Positions 28,202 through 36,769 of a DNA stretch of 63,142 bases are shown one piece after another. The DNA is from Actinomycetota bacterium. Its GTDB lineage: Bacteria; Actinomycetota; Geothermincolia; Fen-727; Anoxymicrobiaceae. The first letter of the stretch is position 1, and the number at the start of each line of letters is the position of its first letter. The translations under genes were made by a program, and so were the position numbers. The stretch spans positions 1-63,142 of the forward strand of contig JAGUWJ010000022.1 of the NCBI GenBank assembly GCA_020062425.1, written 5' to 3'. The notes beneath the pieces were generated by a model. That model saw nothing but the letters and a program-made list of their open reading frames with translations. It made no database searches and was not told the DNA's origin.

Positions 28202-29737
28202 TCAGTATTCCCGCATGAATACCGGTTTCAATGCGGGATAGAGCCTGCGGTACTGTCCGTAAGAGCGGCGGTAAGCATCGAACGTCTCCGCCTGCGGCTC
28301 GAGACGTTCTCCTTCCCCAACCGCGGACCCCACAGCTTCTTCGACCGAGGGGTAGACACCTCCCGCCACCCCTCCGAGCAGGGCCGCGCCCAGCATGGCC
28401 GCATCGTTGGAACATGCTGCGGCTATGGGCAGCTCGAAGACGTCGGACTGCATCTGAACCCAGAACCGGGAACGCGATCCGCCACCACCGGACACCACTG
28501 AGTCGAGAGGCAGGCCTGCCTCACTTATGAGTAAAAGGGAGTCCTTCAGGCCGAAGGTTATACCCTCCAGCACCGCCCTGAGAACGTGCGAGCGTGTCTT
28601 TGTGAGATCCAGGCCGAACAGCACTCCCCTTGCGAACGGATCGGAGTGGGGTGTCCGCTCTCCGGTCAGATACGGGAGGAAGATGAGGCCCTCCGAGCCG
28701 GCGGGCGCGCGAGATGCCGTATGAACCAGCAGATCGTAAGGGTCATCGCCGCTTTCCTCTGACTCGCTCAGTTCCGGCTCGCCCATCTCGTCGCGGAACC
28801 ATCGCAAAGTCAGTCCCGCCGAGAGCATGACCCCCATCAGGTACCAGGTGTGGGGCGCCGCGTGACAGAACGAATGGAGCCTCATCTCGGGGTCGACGTG
28901 TGGAGAGCCGGTGGGGGCCAGCACCGTTCCGGACGAGCCTATACTGACCGCTACTCTTCCCGGCGATAGGACCCCCATTCCCAGCGCACCGCACGCGTTA
29001 TCCGCGCCGCCCGCCGCGACGGGTGTACCCTCTTTCAGGCCGGTGGCTCGAGCAGCCTCGGCGCTGACAACACCCGCTGCGTCACCGGACTCGAGAACCC
29101 CGGGCAGCCACTCCACCGGTATCCCCAGCCTGTCCGTCATGTGTTTGGACCACGACCGGTTCACGACGTCGAAGAGGAGAGTGCCGGAGGCGTCGGAGAC
29201 GTCGGTCGAGATATCACCGGTGAGGCGCATGTTGATGTAGTCCTTGGGCAGCAGAAGGTGCCGGACCCTCCTGTACGAACCAGGCTCGTTCTCCTCGAGC
29301 CACAGTACCTTCGGCGCGGTGAACCCTGGAAGCGCCGGGTTGCCGACCCACTCTGCGAGATGCCTGTCGCCGACCAGTTCACGTATCTTCGCGCACTGGT
29401 CGGAGGTGCGCTGGTCGCACCAGATCATGCAGGGGCGCAGTACGGCTCCCGCACCGTCGAGGAAGACAGATCCGTGCATCTGGCCCGAGAGGCCGACGCC
29501 GGCAACGGCGGCGGGATCGACATTCCCGGCGGCAAGCACCTTCCGGATCGCCTGGGCCGAAGCGTCCCACCAGTCGAGCGGGTCCTGTTCAGCCCAGCCC
29601 GGCCTGGGTGTGGAGGTCTCGTAACCCACCGAGGCTTCAGCGGTCACCGCGCCCGCGGCACTGACCAAGCCGGCCTTGGCCCCCGTGGTCCCGAGGTCGA
29701 GCCCCAGTATGTGAGTGCCGTCCCTGCTCAGTTTCAC
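28202..29737 (-). CDS. xylB: FGGY-family carbohydrate kinase, xylulokinase-like
   Basis: 511 aa. N-terminal ILGLDLGTTG, and the C-terminal FGGY motif GGGSRSRFW. Confidence 0.8.
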   Translation of the reverse strand: MKLSRDGTHILGLDLGTTGAKAGLVSAAGAVTAEASVGYETSTPRPGWAEQDPLDWWDASAQAIRKVLAAGNVDPAAVAGVGLSGQMHGSVFLDGAGAVLRPCMIWCDQRTSDQCAKIRELVGDRHLAEWVGNPALPGFTAPKVLWLEENEPGSYRRVRHLLLPKDYINMRLTGDISTDVSDASGTLLFDVVNRSWSKHMTDRLGIPVEWLPGVLESGDAAGVVSAEAARATGLKEGTPVAAGGADNACGALGMGVLSPGRVAVSIGSSGTVLAPTGSPHVDPEMRLHSFCHAAPHTWYLMGVMLSAGLTLRWFRDEMGEPELSESEESGDDPYDLLVHTASRAPAGSEGLIFLPYLTGERTPHSDPFARGVLFGLDLTKTRSHVLRAVLEGITFGLKDSLLLISEAGLPLDSVVSGGGGSRSRFWVQMQSDVFELPIAAACSNDAAMLGAALLGGVAGGVYPSVEEAVGSAVGEGERLEPQAETFDAYRRSYGQYRRLYPALKPVFMREY

Positions 29738-29895
29738 AGTATCTCCTCGCTATGAACCCGCCTGAGGCTGCTTCGAGCAACTATGGTAACATTAACCGCG
29801 ACGGCTCAGGGCTTTGACGGCCGACGGCCCGTCCGCCGCGACGTATGACTCCACGCGCGCGCTTTCCCGCGCTGTTCCTTTGAAAGGAGTATCTG

Positions 29896-30504
29896 ATGGA
29901 AGAAAGGGTTCTCGAGGCGATGAAAGAGGTCCTTACCACCGGGCAGGAGATGGCTCGTCGTGGGTTGGTGGCCGGCTCCTCAGGCAACTGTAGTGTCAGG
30001 GTTCCAGACAGCGACTACATCGTCATCACCCCCACCTCGCAGGAGTACGAGCTCATGCTGCAAGAGGACATGTGCGTGGTCGATTCAGCTGGAGAGCTGG
30101 TCGAGGGCAGGTACAAGCCGTCGGTGGAGATAAACATGCACCTGGCTATCTACGAAGCTCGTCCTGAAGTGGGAGGTATTGTGCACACCCACCAGACCAT
30201 GGCGACGGCAGTCGCCATTGCAGGCCACAGCATCCCTCCCATACTGGAGGAGCAGGTGTTCACACTGCTGGGCGCGGTGGAACTTGCGGACCACGCCCTT
30301 CCCGGCACTGTCGAACTCGCCCGAAACACGGTAGCCGCGCTGGGAAACCGCAACGCCTGCCTGCTGGCCCATCACGGCGTGGTCGCGGTGGGCCAGAAGA
30401 TAAGGGATGCCCTTCTGAACGCTGAGATAGTAGAGCGTGCCGCCTCCATCTATATCATGTCGAACATCCTCGGAGGACCAAAGATCGTCCCCTTCATGAC
30501 GTGA
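29896..30504 (+). CDS. class II aldolase/adducin family protein (fuculose-phosphate aldolase / ribulose-5-P epimerase-like)
   Basis: GSSGNCSVR, HTHQ, and LLAHHGVVAVG motifs. Confidence 0.85.
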   Translation: MEERVLEAMKEVLTTGQEMARRGLVAGSSGNCSVRVPDSDYIVITPTSQEYELMLQEDMCVVDSAGELVEGRYKPSVEINMHLAIYEARPEVGGIVHTHQTMATAVAIAGHSIPPILEEQVFTLLGAVELADHALPGTVELARNTVAALGNRNACLLAHHGVVAVGQKIRDALLNAEIVERAASIYIMSNILGGPKIVPFMT

Positions 30505-30561
30505 TCCCGGGGCTTGGTCACGTCAGCGCTTACCTTGCGGTGTCTGTCCCCAAAGGTAAGC

Positions 30562-31356
30562 TCAGTGCTGGCAGGAAGGGCAGTAGTAGCTGGTCCTTCC
30601 AGCGATGGTCTTTTTCAGCAGAGGCTCGCCCGTGCGCGGGCACTCTCCTCCCTTGACCCTGTTCGGTATCAGGAACACGTCGGCGTGGCCGTCCAGCTCC
30701 GCGTCGAGATCAACGGCGCGGCGCAGGACCCACTTCATCCTGTCGTAGAGCGCACGCACTTCTTCGTCCGAGAGGGTCTCCGTTCTTCGGTACGGAAGGA
30801 CTCCGGCCTGGTAGGTTATCTCGTCCGAGTAGATGTTCCCGATGCCGGCTATAAGCTCCTGGTCCATCAGCAACTGGTGGATGGTCGTCCTGTGACCACG
30901 GACTATGCGGTTGAAATCCTCGTACTTGAAAGAGCGGTCAAGCGGTTCGGGTCCCAGTCTGGCAACGTACGGTATCTGGCTCTCGTCGGCGGTACGGTAC
31001 AAGGCTACCTTCCCGAACAGCCGCGTATCGAGGAAGTGGAGGCACCCTCCGCCCTCGAAGTTGAACTCCACCCGGCTGAACCGCGGCCTCGGCTCCCCAC
31101 GGCCGCGGAAGTAAAGGTCGCCGGTCATGCCGAAGTGCAGGAGAAGCGTGGCATCGGAATCGGTGTACGCGAGTATGTACTTGGCGCGGCGGCGCGCACC
31201 GACGAGCCTGGTGCCCTTGAGTCCCCGGGCCAGCCCCGCCGGAGTGATGCCGTCCAGGACCCGCGGGTCCTTTACTGAGACCTTATCGATAGGTTTGCCC
31301 ATTGACGTCCGCTCCAGGTACCGCTTTTTCGTCTCGACTTCGGGAAGCTCGGGCAT
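30562..31356 (-). CDS. mutM: formamidopyrimidine/Nei-family DNA glycosylase
   Basis: Starts MPELPEVE. H2TH region. C-terminal zinc finger CPRTGEPL...YYCPSCQ. The ORF opens at 31584. Confidence 0.9.
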   Translation of the reverse strand: MPELPEVETKKRYLERTSMGKPIDKVSVKDPRVLDGITPAGLARGLKGTRLVGARRRAKYILAYTDSDATLLLHFGMTGDLYFRGRGEPRPRFSRVEFNFEGGGCLHFLDTRLFGKVALYRTADESQIPYVARLGPEPLDRSFKYEDFNRIVRGHRTTIHQLLMDQELIAGIGNIYSDEITYQAGVLPYRRTETLSDEEVRALYDRMKWVLRRAVDLDAELDGHADVFLIPNRVKGGECPRTGEPLLKKTIAGRTSYYCPSCQH

Positions 31357-31500
31357 GCCTGGTCCCTTCCTGGCCGTTTGCCTTGTCCACGTACCGGGTA
31401 TTTCAACGCCGGAAGCGTGTTTCCCCCGACCTGTGCGGCGGGGGTCAACCGTGGCATGCGGATATTCACATGAGCGGCCCCTGAGGTTGTGGTACGATTC

Positions 31501-32565
31501 ATGCCGAGACGGCGGAATAGAAAGCCACTGTTTAACATGATCAGGCTCAGGAAGAAGATCTCCAGCTCGCAGTATGTGCGGCACATCGTCGTATCGGTGT
31601 TTCTCCTGCTCGCGGTGGTCATGACCGGTGTCATCGGTTACATCCTCATCGAGGAGATGTCTTTCACCGAGGCGTTCTACATGACCATCATCACCATCTC
31701 CACGGTGGGGTTCCGAGAGGTCAAGTCCCTGAGCACGGCGGGCTCCTGGTTCACCATCTTCATGATAGTCGTGGGCGTGAGCGCGGTGCTCTTCTTTCTT
31801 GCAGGCCTGTTCGAGTTCATTCTCAGCGAGGTGCTGGGTGATCTATGGGGGAGAAGAAGGATGAATAACATGATATCCAGGCTTTCCAGCCACTACATCA
31901 TATGCGGCTACGGAAGGGTGGGCAGAAGCGTGGCCGAGGAGCTTGCAGAACACGGAAAGCGGTTCGTGGTGATAGAGAGCGACGAGGACGCGTTCCGCGA
32001 GTGCGTCGATGACGGGTACCTCGCGGTGATGGGAAGCGCGACCGAGAACGAAAGCCTCGTCGACGCCGGCATAGAGCGTGCGGTCGGCCTGGTGAGCGCC
32101 CTGCGCTCGGACGCGGACAACCTGTTCGTGGTCCTCACCTCACGAACCATGAACCCTAACCTGCTCCTCGTGGCCAGGGCCGACCAGCTCGAGTCGGAAC
32201 AGAAGCTGGAGATGGTGGGGGCCGACAGGGTCATATCGCCACACAAGATAGCCGGCAAGCGCATGGCGAACCTGCTCATCCGGCCGGGGGCGTGCGAATT
32301 CCTGGACGTCGCCATGGCTTCCACCCTCCCGGAATACTTCCTGAGCGAGCTCAAGGTGGGTGAGGATTCTGACCTGCTGGGTAAGAGCATAATTGAGAGC
32401 CGGCTCCGCGAGCGGACCGGGGTGACAGTCCTGGCGGTGAGGAAGACTGACGAGAGGATATTCAACCCGAATCCCTCAGTGGACACCGTTATCGAGAAGG
32501 GTGACGTACTCGTCCTCATCGGGACGCCGGAGCAGATGGCCCTTATGGAAAGCGAACACTCCTGA
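31501..32565 (+). CDS. two-TM ion channel with RCK (TrkA-N/TrkA-C) domains
   Basis: Pore region TIITISTVGFRE. Rossmann motif IICGYGRVG. C-terminal TrkA-C (GDVLVLIG). The start is uncertain (GTG 31489 or ATG 31501). Confidence 0.8.
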   Translation: MPRRRNRKPLFNMIRLRKKISSSQYVRHIVVSVFLLLAVVMTGVIGYILIEEMSFTEAFYMTIITISTVGFREVKSLSTAGSWFTIFMIVVGVSAVLFFLAGLFEFILSEVLGDLWGRRRMNNMISRLSSHYIICGYGRVGRSVAEELAEHGKRFVVIESDEDAFRECVDDGYLAVMGSATENESLVDAGIERAVGLVSALRSDADNLFVVLTSRTMNPNLLLVARADQLESEQKLEMVGADRVISPHKIAGKRMANLLIRPGACEFLDVAMASTLPEYFLSELKVGEDSDLLGKSIIESRLRERTGVTVLAVRKTDERIFNPNPSVDTVIEKGDVLVLIGTPEQMALMESEHS

Positions 32566-32636
32566 GTGGATATCCGCCCCCTGCATGCAGGCGCGCGGTC
32601 TCAGGAATGAGAGGGAACTGACTTCGCTTACGCGTC

Positions 32637-32729
32637 TTACTTCTTGTTCTTGTGACGGTTCTTCTTCAGCTGCTTCTTGTGTTTTTTCTTGCGCATCTTC
32701 TTGCGGCGCTTCTTGATGACCGAACTCAT
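32637..32729 (-). CDS. 30-aa actinobacterial ribosomal protein bS22-like micro-protein
   Basis: Translates to MSSVIKKRRKKMRKKKHKKQLKKNRHKNKK. AAAGGAGGGAG lies about 12 nt upstream of the ATG. It resembles mycobacterial bS22 (MGSVIKKRRKRMSKKKHRK..., recalled from memory). It is below the ORF-track length cutoff. Confidence 0.75.
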   Translation of the reverse strand: MSSVIKKRRKKMRKKKHKKQLKKNRHKNKK

Positions 32730-32842
32730 ATGTTCTGGGTTTTCTCCCTCCTTTCGGGGACCGGAGCACAACAGTGAGAATCCTACCATAAACAGGGCAT
32801 GAAACGCATCGGTGTGGTGCCGTTGGATCGAAGGTGGCCGAT

Positions 32843-35800
32843 CTAACCAGACTGCGGTAAGTCCATGAGGGTGAACTCAAAGCAGGCGCCGTTGTCGTTA
32901 TAAGCCGTGATGGTCCCCCTGTAGAGGGTGACCACCTTCTCCACCGTGGCCAGGCCTATTCCGGTCTCACCTTCCTTCTTCGAGAAGAAGGGCAGGAAGA
33001 TCTTGTCGATGTCACCAGGATCTATACCCGCCCCGTTGTCACGGACCAGGTACTTGTGAAGACCTTCCCCGGTACGCCCCAGGTAAGATACGATAACTTC
33101 CGGCTTCCGGCTGTCGTTGTGCTTTATGGCGTTCCCAATGAGATTACTGAACAGCTGGTACATGTGGGTCTTGTTGGCCGACACCCGGCCCAGGTCCGAG
33201 TCATACTTCAGCTTGACCCTCCTCTCCTTGATGGGCCCGGCCTTTTCGTCAGCGATCCTTTTTACAATGGTTTCTATGTCGACGTCGCTGACATCCCACG
33301 GCTTTTCGCCGGCCTGCGCCAGCTGGAGCAGGCCGTTTATCATCGCCGTGCTCTTCCTGACGTTCGCCTCGATGATGTCGATGAGCTCTCGGGCGTCGCG
33401 CTTGGCGGCCTCGTCCTGGGGTCTCTCCAGTACCTCGCGCAGTGACAGGCCGGCGGCCTGCATGGACGCGAGCGGCCCCTTGAGGTCGTGAGACACCATG
33501 TGCGCGTATCCCTCGAGCTCCCTGTTCATCACCAGCATCTCGTGCTCGGCCCTCTTGCGCCCGGTGATGTCTCTGGTGATGGTGATGAAGCTGGTCGGGT
33601 TTCCGTTTTTATCGCGAATGACCGAGGCGCTGGTCTCCACCATGAACTCGGTGCCGGTCATGGACCGTACCTTGAACTCCCTGACGTTCGTACCTTTTTC
33701 CAGCAGCTCCTGCATCGAAGCCTGGGCCTCTTCACGGTTTCCCGGCTCGACGAGGGTCAGGCCGCTCATTCCTCTGAGCTCTTCCAGGTCGCTGTACCCG
33801 AAAAGGTCAAGCGTCGCCCGTGAGGCTTCGACTATGTTGCCCTCCAGGTCGGTCACCACCACGGCGTCGGGGGATGTATATAACAGGCTGCGGTACAGAG
33901 CCTCCGACTGCTGGAGCTTCTCCTCGGCCTTCCTGCGCCTGGTGGCGTCCCGCACGACGGCAGCGTAGTTATTCTCGCCGGATATCTTCCAGGTGGAGCG
34001 GGAGAGTTCCATGGGGAATAAGGTGCCGTCTTTCCTGAGACCGGTCATCTCGAGAACATTTCTGGGTATAGGCTCCTCACCGCCGCTCTCTCGCATCATC
34101 GAGCCTAGTCGGGACTCCCTGTCGCCCTCCGGCAATATCGAGACCAGGGGCTTGCCGAACATCTCCTCGGCGGAGTGCCCGAATATCTGCTCGGCCCCCG
34201 GGTTCCAGAAGATGATCTCAAGGTTACTGTCGGCGCAGATGACCGCTTCCAGTGCGCTCTCGGCCATCGAGCGAAAGCGTTCCTCGCTACTCCTCAGCAT
34301 CTCCAGGCGGCGGCTGTCACGCAGGGCGACCGCGGCGATCTCACCGAAGGCCGACGCCATCATCGCGTCCCTCCCGGAGAAGCCGCCCTGCTTGTTCGCC
34401 AGCATGAAGATGCCCGCGGGGTCGCCCTCCACCAGGAGCGGGGCTACCAGCACGCTCTCGACCTTGAAGTGATCCTCGGGCAGGCCTTCCTCGATGCCGG
34501 TCTCCTTGACCGCGTTGTCGTAGTAGGCCTTTCCCGCCTTGAGTTCCGGAGTGATCAATGCCTCCACCGGCATCCTGGCCAGAGGACCCAAGCTACCCTT
34601 AAGCCTGTCCGGCTCGCAGAAGAGCATCCTTCCCTCACCCGTATCCTCTTCAAGCAGGATGACGCAGCCCGCCTCGGCTCCCACCAGCTTGTGGCAGAGG
34701 GTGAAGATCTCTCTCGCCGAATTCTCGAAGTCCTTGTGCTCGAGGACCAGCCGGGTGCTTTCCAGCAGGGCGGTGATCTCCTCCCTGCGCTCGTTGGTTT
34801 CCCTTATGACGTTGTGCAGGGCTTCGTCCGCCCGCTTCCTATCGGAGATGTCTCTCCCCAGGCCGGTTATCCCCACGGGCGTACCGTCGCTGTCCCGTAT
34901 CAGTGAGAGGGTTAGCTCGAAAGGAATCCTCCTGCCGTCCTTGGTTATCAGTTCCAGCTCCATCTTGCGGATCCCACCGGTCTGGGCCACGTGTTCAAGA
35001 GAAGCAGTAAGGCGAAGGTAGTTCTCCGGCGAGAGGAAGTCGAACGTCCTCATGGCGTCGATCTCCTCGTCTGTATAGCCGGTGACCTCACACAGGCTGC
35101 GGTTCCACTTGTTGAAACTGCCCTGAAGGTCCGCGACAACTATTATGTCGGGAACCGCGTTGAGAGCGTCCATGGTGAATGCCCTCTCGTCCGCAAGTGC
35201 CTTCTTGGATATCTTCCGTTCGCTCAAGTCTCTGACAGCCACCACATAACGGACGCCCTTCCTGGTGATGACTTCTTTCGCTCTGACCTCGACGGGGATA
35301 GTGCGCCCGTCCTTGGTCAGGTTCTCGGATTCCACGGCGCTGCCGGCAAGGAGCCTGCCGACGACTTCTCCGAATCCCTCGCGCTTATCCTCCGGGAGCA
35401 GTTCCATCGCCGACGCGCCCTTGATCTCCTCAGCCTCATACCCGAGCATCCTGCACGCCGCTTCGTTCACGTCCTCGATCCGGCCTTCCACAGTCTCCAC
35501 GAAAAGCGCGTCCGCGGACTCGTTGAAGAGCGTACGGTAGAAAGCCTCGCTTTCCCTGATGGCCTCTACGGCCTTTGCGAGCACGTAATCGTGGAGAGCC
35601 CTCTCTACAGCAACGGGGAGGGCAGCCGCCAGCTTGTCGTTCTTGACGATGTAACCTGCTGCCCCCTGCTGGAAAGCCAGCGAAGCGACGTCCTCGTCGC
35701 CGCGGCCTGTCACCACTATGACGGGGGGGTGCTGTTCGGCGGCGGTTATCTCAGGCAGCAGGTCGAACCCGAAGCCGTCAGGGAGCTGGTAGTCCAGGGT

Positions 35801-35971
35801 TATCAGGTCGTATGCGGAGGAGCGTATGCGCTCGCGGGCGTTCTCGAGGCTCGGAGCGATATCAACACGAGCGGCGCTCTTGAGCTCGAGAAGCTGCTTC
35901 AGGATATCCGCGGTCTCGGGCTCATCCTCGATTACCAGAACTCTAGGGCTTCCGTCCGGCTCCTGTCTCAC
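32843..35971 (-). CDS. hybrid sensor kinase: N-terminal receiver, multiple PAS domains, GAF, HisKA-HATPase
   Basis: 1042 aa, GTG start. VLVIEDEP...LITLDYQLPDG receiver. Repeated PAS-type segments. H-box VSHDLKGPL. DNGAGI and GIGLATV G-boxes. Confidence 0.9.
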   Translation of the reverse strand: MRQEPDGSPRVLVIEDEPETADILKQLLELKSAARVDIAPSLENARERIRSSAYDLITLDYQLPDGFGFDLLPEITAAEQHPPVIVVTGRGDEDVASLAFQQGAAGYIVKNDKLAAALPVAVERALHDYVLAKAVEAIRESEAFYRTLFNESADALFVETVEGRIEDVNEAACRMLGYEAEEIKGASAMELLPEDKREGFGEVVGRLLAGSAVESENLTKDGRTIPVEVRAKEVITRKGVRYVVAVRDLSERKISKKALADERAFTMDALNAVPDIIVVADLQGSFNKWNRSLCEVTGYTDEEIDAMRTFDFLSPENYLRLTASLEHVAQTGGIRKMELELITKDGRRIPFELTLSLIRDSDGTPVGITGLGRDISDRKRADEALHNVIRETNERREEITALLESTRLVLEHKDFENSAREIFTLCHKLVGAEAGCVILLEEDTGEGRMLFCEPDRLKGSLGPLARMPVEALITPELKAGKAYYDNAVKETGIEEGLPEDHFKVESVLVAPLLVEGDPAGIFMLANKQGGFSGRDAMMASAFGEIAAVALRDSRRLEMLRSSEERFRSMAESALEAVICADSNLEIIFWNPGAEQIFGHSAEEMFGKPLVSILPEGDRESRLGSMMRESGGEEPIPRNVLEMTGLRKDGTLFPMELSRSTWKISGENNYAAVVRDATRRRKAEEKLQQSEALYRSLLYTSPDAVVVTDLEGNIVEASRATLDLFGYSDLEELRGMSGLTLVEPGNREEAQASMQELLEKGTNVREFKVRSMTGTEFMVETSASVIRDKNGNPTSFITITRDITGRKRAEHEMLVMNRELEGYAHMVSHDLKGPLASMQAAGLSLREVLERPQDEAAKRDARELIDIIEANVRKSTAMINGLLQLAQAGEKPWDVSDVDIETIVKRIADEKAGPIKERRVKLKYDSDLGRVSANKTHMYQLFSNLIGNAIKHNDSRKPEVIVSYLGRTGEGLHKYLVRDNGAGIDPGDIDKIFLPFFSKKEGETGIGLATVEKVVTLYRGTITAYNDNGACFEFTLMDLPQSG

Positions 35972-36151
35972 GTCTTGCCCCTCGAGCTGTCGCGCTTATC
36001 AGTGTCTTTCTATGGGTAGGAAAGGCCGCAGCAGCGGCGCGCCGCCATTTAACAACCAAGGGTCGAGGTACTAACTAAATAATAGCACATCGGACATTAT
36101 CGATGGGAGTGTACGTGCTGCCGCGGCGATCGGCGGGCACCTGCAGCCAGC

Positions 36152-36715
36152 CTAGAAGACCCCGGCAGCCATAAGTATGCCAAAGACGATGAACAGTACT
36201 CCTGAGATCCAGCGGATGTACCTGAACGGAACCACCCTGGCAAGCCCCTCCCCGGCGATGGCGCCGATGAACGAGGTGAGCCAGAGGGCCAGGGTTCCTC
36301 CAATGAATACGAATAAGGGGTAGCCGTACCGGCCGCTTAGCGCAATTAGAGCGAGCTGGGTCTTATCGCCCAGTTCCATGAGTGAGACAACGAGCAGCGC
36401 AGAGATGAAAGGCGAGCGGGAGGCCTTTCTCTCCGCTTGAGGCTTCTCTTCCTCCTCACCTCTGAAGGAGAGCACACCGAAAATAATGAACACTGCCGCG
36501 GCTACGTAGCGTATCACATGCTCCGGGACGTACCGGGCGACCACCGCTCCCACGGTCACCGCAAATGCGTTCAAGACGGCGAACGCCACACCGGCGCCCA
36601 GGAATACCGGCAGGTAGCCGTAGCGAGCCGACATGGCCAGTATCGCTATCTGGGTCTTGTCCCCCAGTTCGGCGACGAATGTTAGTCCGAATGCAGCTGC
36701 CAGAGCTTTTATCAC
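36152..36715 (-). CDS. GDT1/TMEM165 (UPF0016) family cation (Mn2+/Ca2+) transporter
   Basis: Two ELGDKTQ motifs in an internally duplicated 6-TM protein. GTG start. Confidence 0.85.
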   Translation of the reverse strand: MIKALAAAFGLTFVAELGDKTQIAILAMSARYGYLPVFLGAGVAFAVLNAFAVTVGAVVARYVPEHVIRYVAAAVFIIFGVLSFRGEEEEKPQAERKASRSPFISALLVVSLMELGDKTQLALIALSGRYGYPLFVFIGGTLALWLTSFIGAIAGEGLARVVPFRYIRWISGVLFIVFGILMAAGVF

Positions 36716-36727
36716 GTGGAGATTATA
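36716..36727 (-). promoter_or_regulatory. -10 box TATAAT 6 nt upstream of the GTG, suggesting a leaderless transcript
   Basis: Minus strand: TATAAT (36727-36722), then ctccac, then GTG at 36715. No Shine-Dalgarno sequence is possible. Confidence 0.35.
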
Positions 36728-36769
36728 ATCGGATGAAGGACCACGGGGACAGGGAAATGCACAGATCTG

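Noticed and set aside
32476-32880. 134-aa minus-strand ORF between the K-channel and the big kinase.
   Set aside because: It has no recognisable motifs. It overlaps, in another frame, the 30-aa bS22-like gene, which has a strong RBS and a family match, and it runs into the 3' end of the kinase gene.
36716-36769. A possible yybP-ykoY (Mn2+) riboswitch upstream of the GDT1-family exporter, a gene family sometimes under that riboswitch.
   Set aside because: Only 54 nt separate the gene from the preceding stop codon. That is too short for the four-way-junction aptamer, and a -10 box abuts the start codon.
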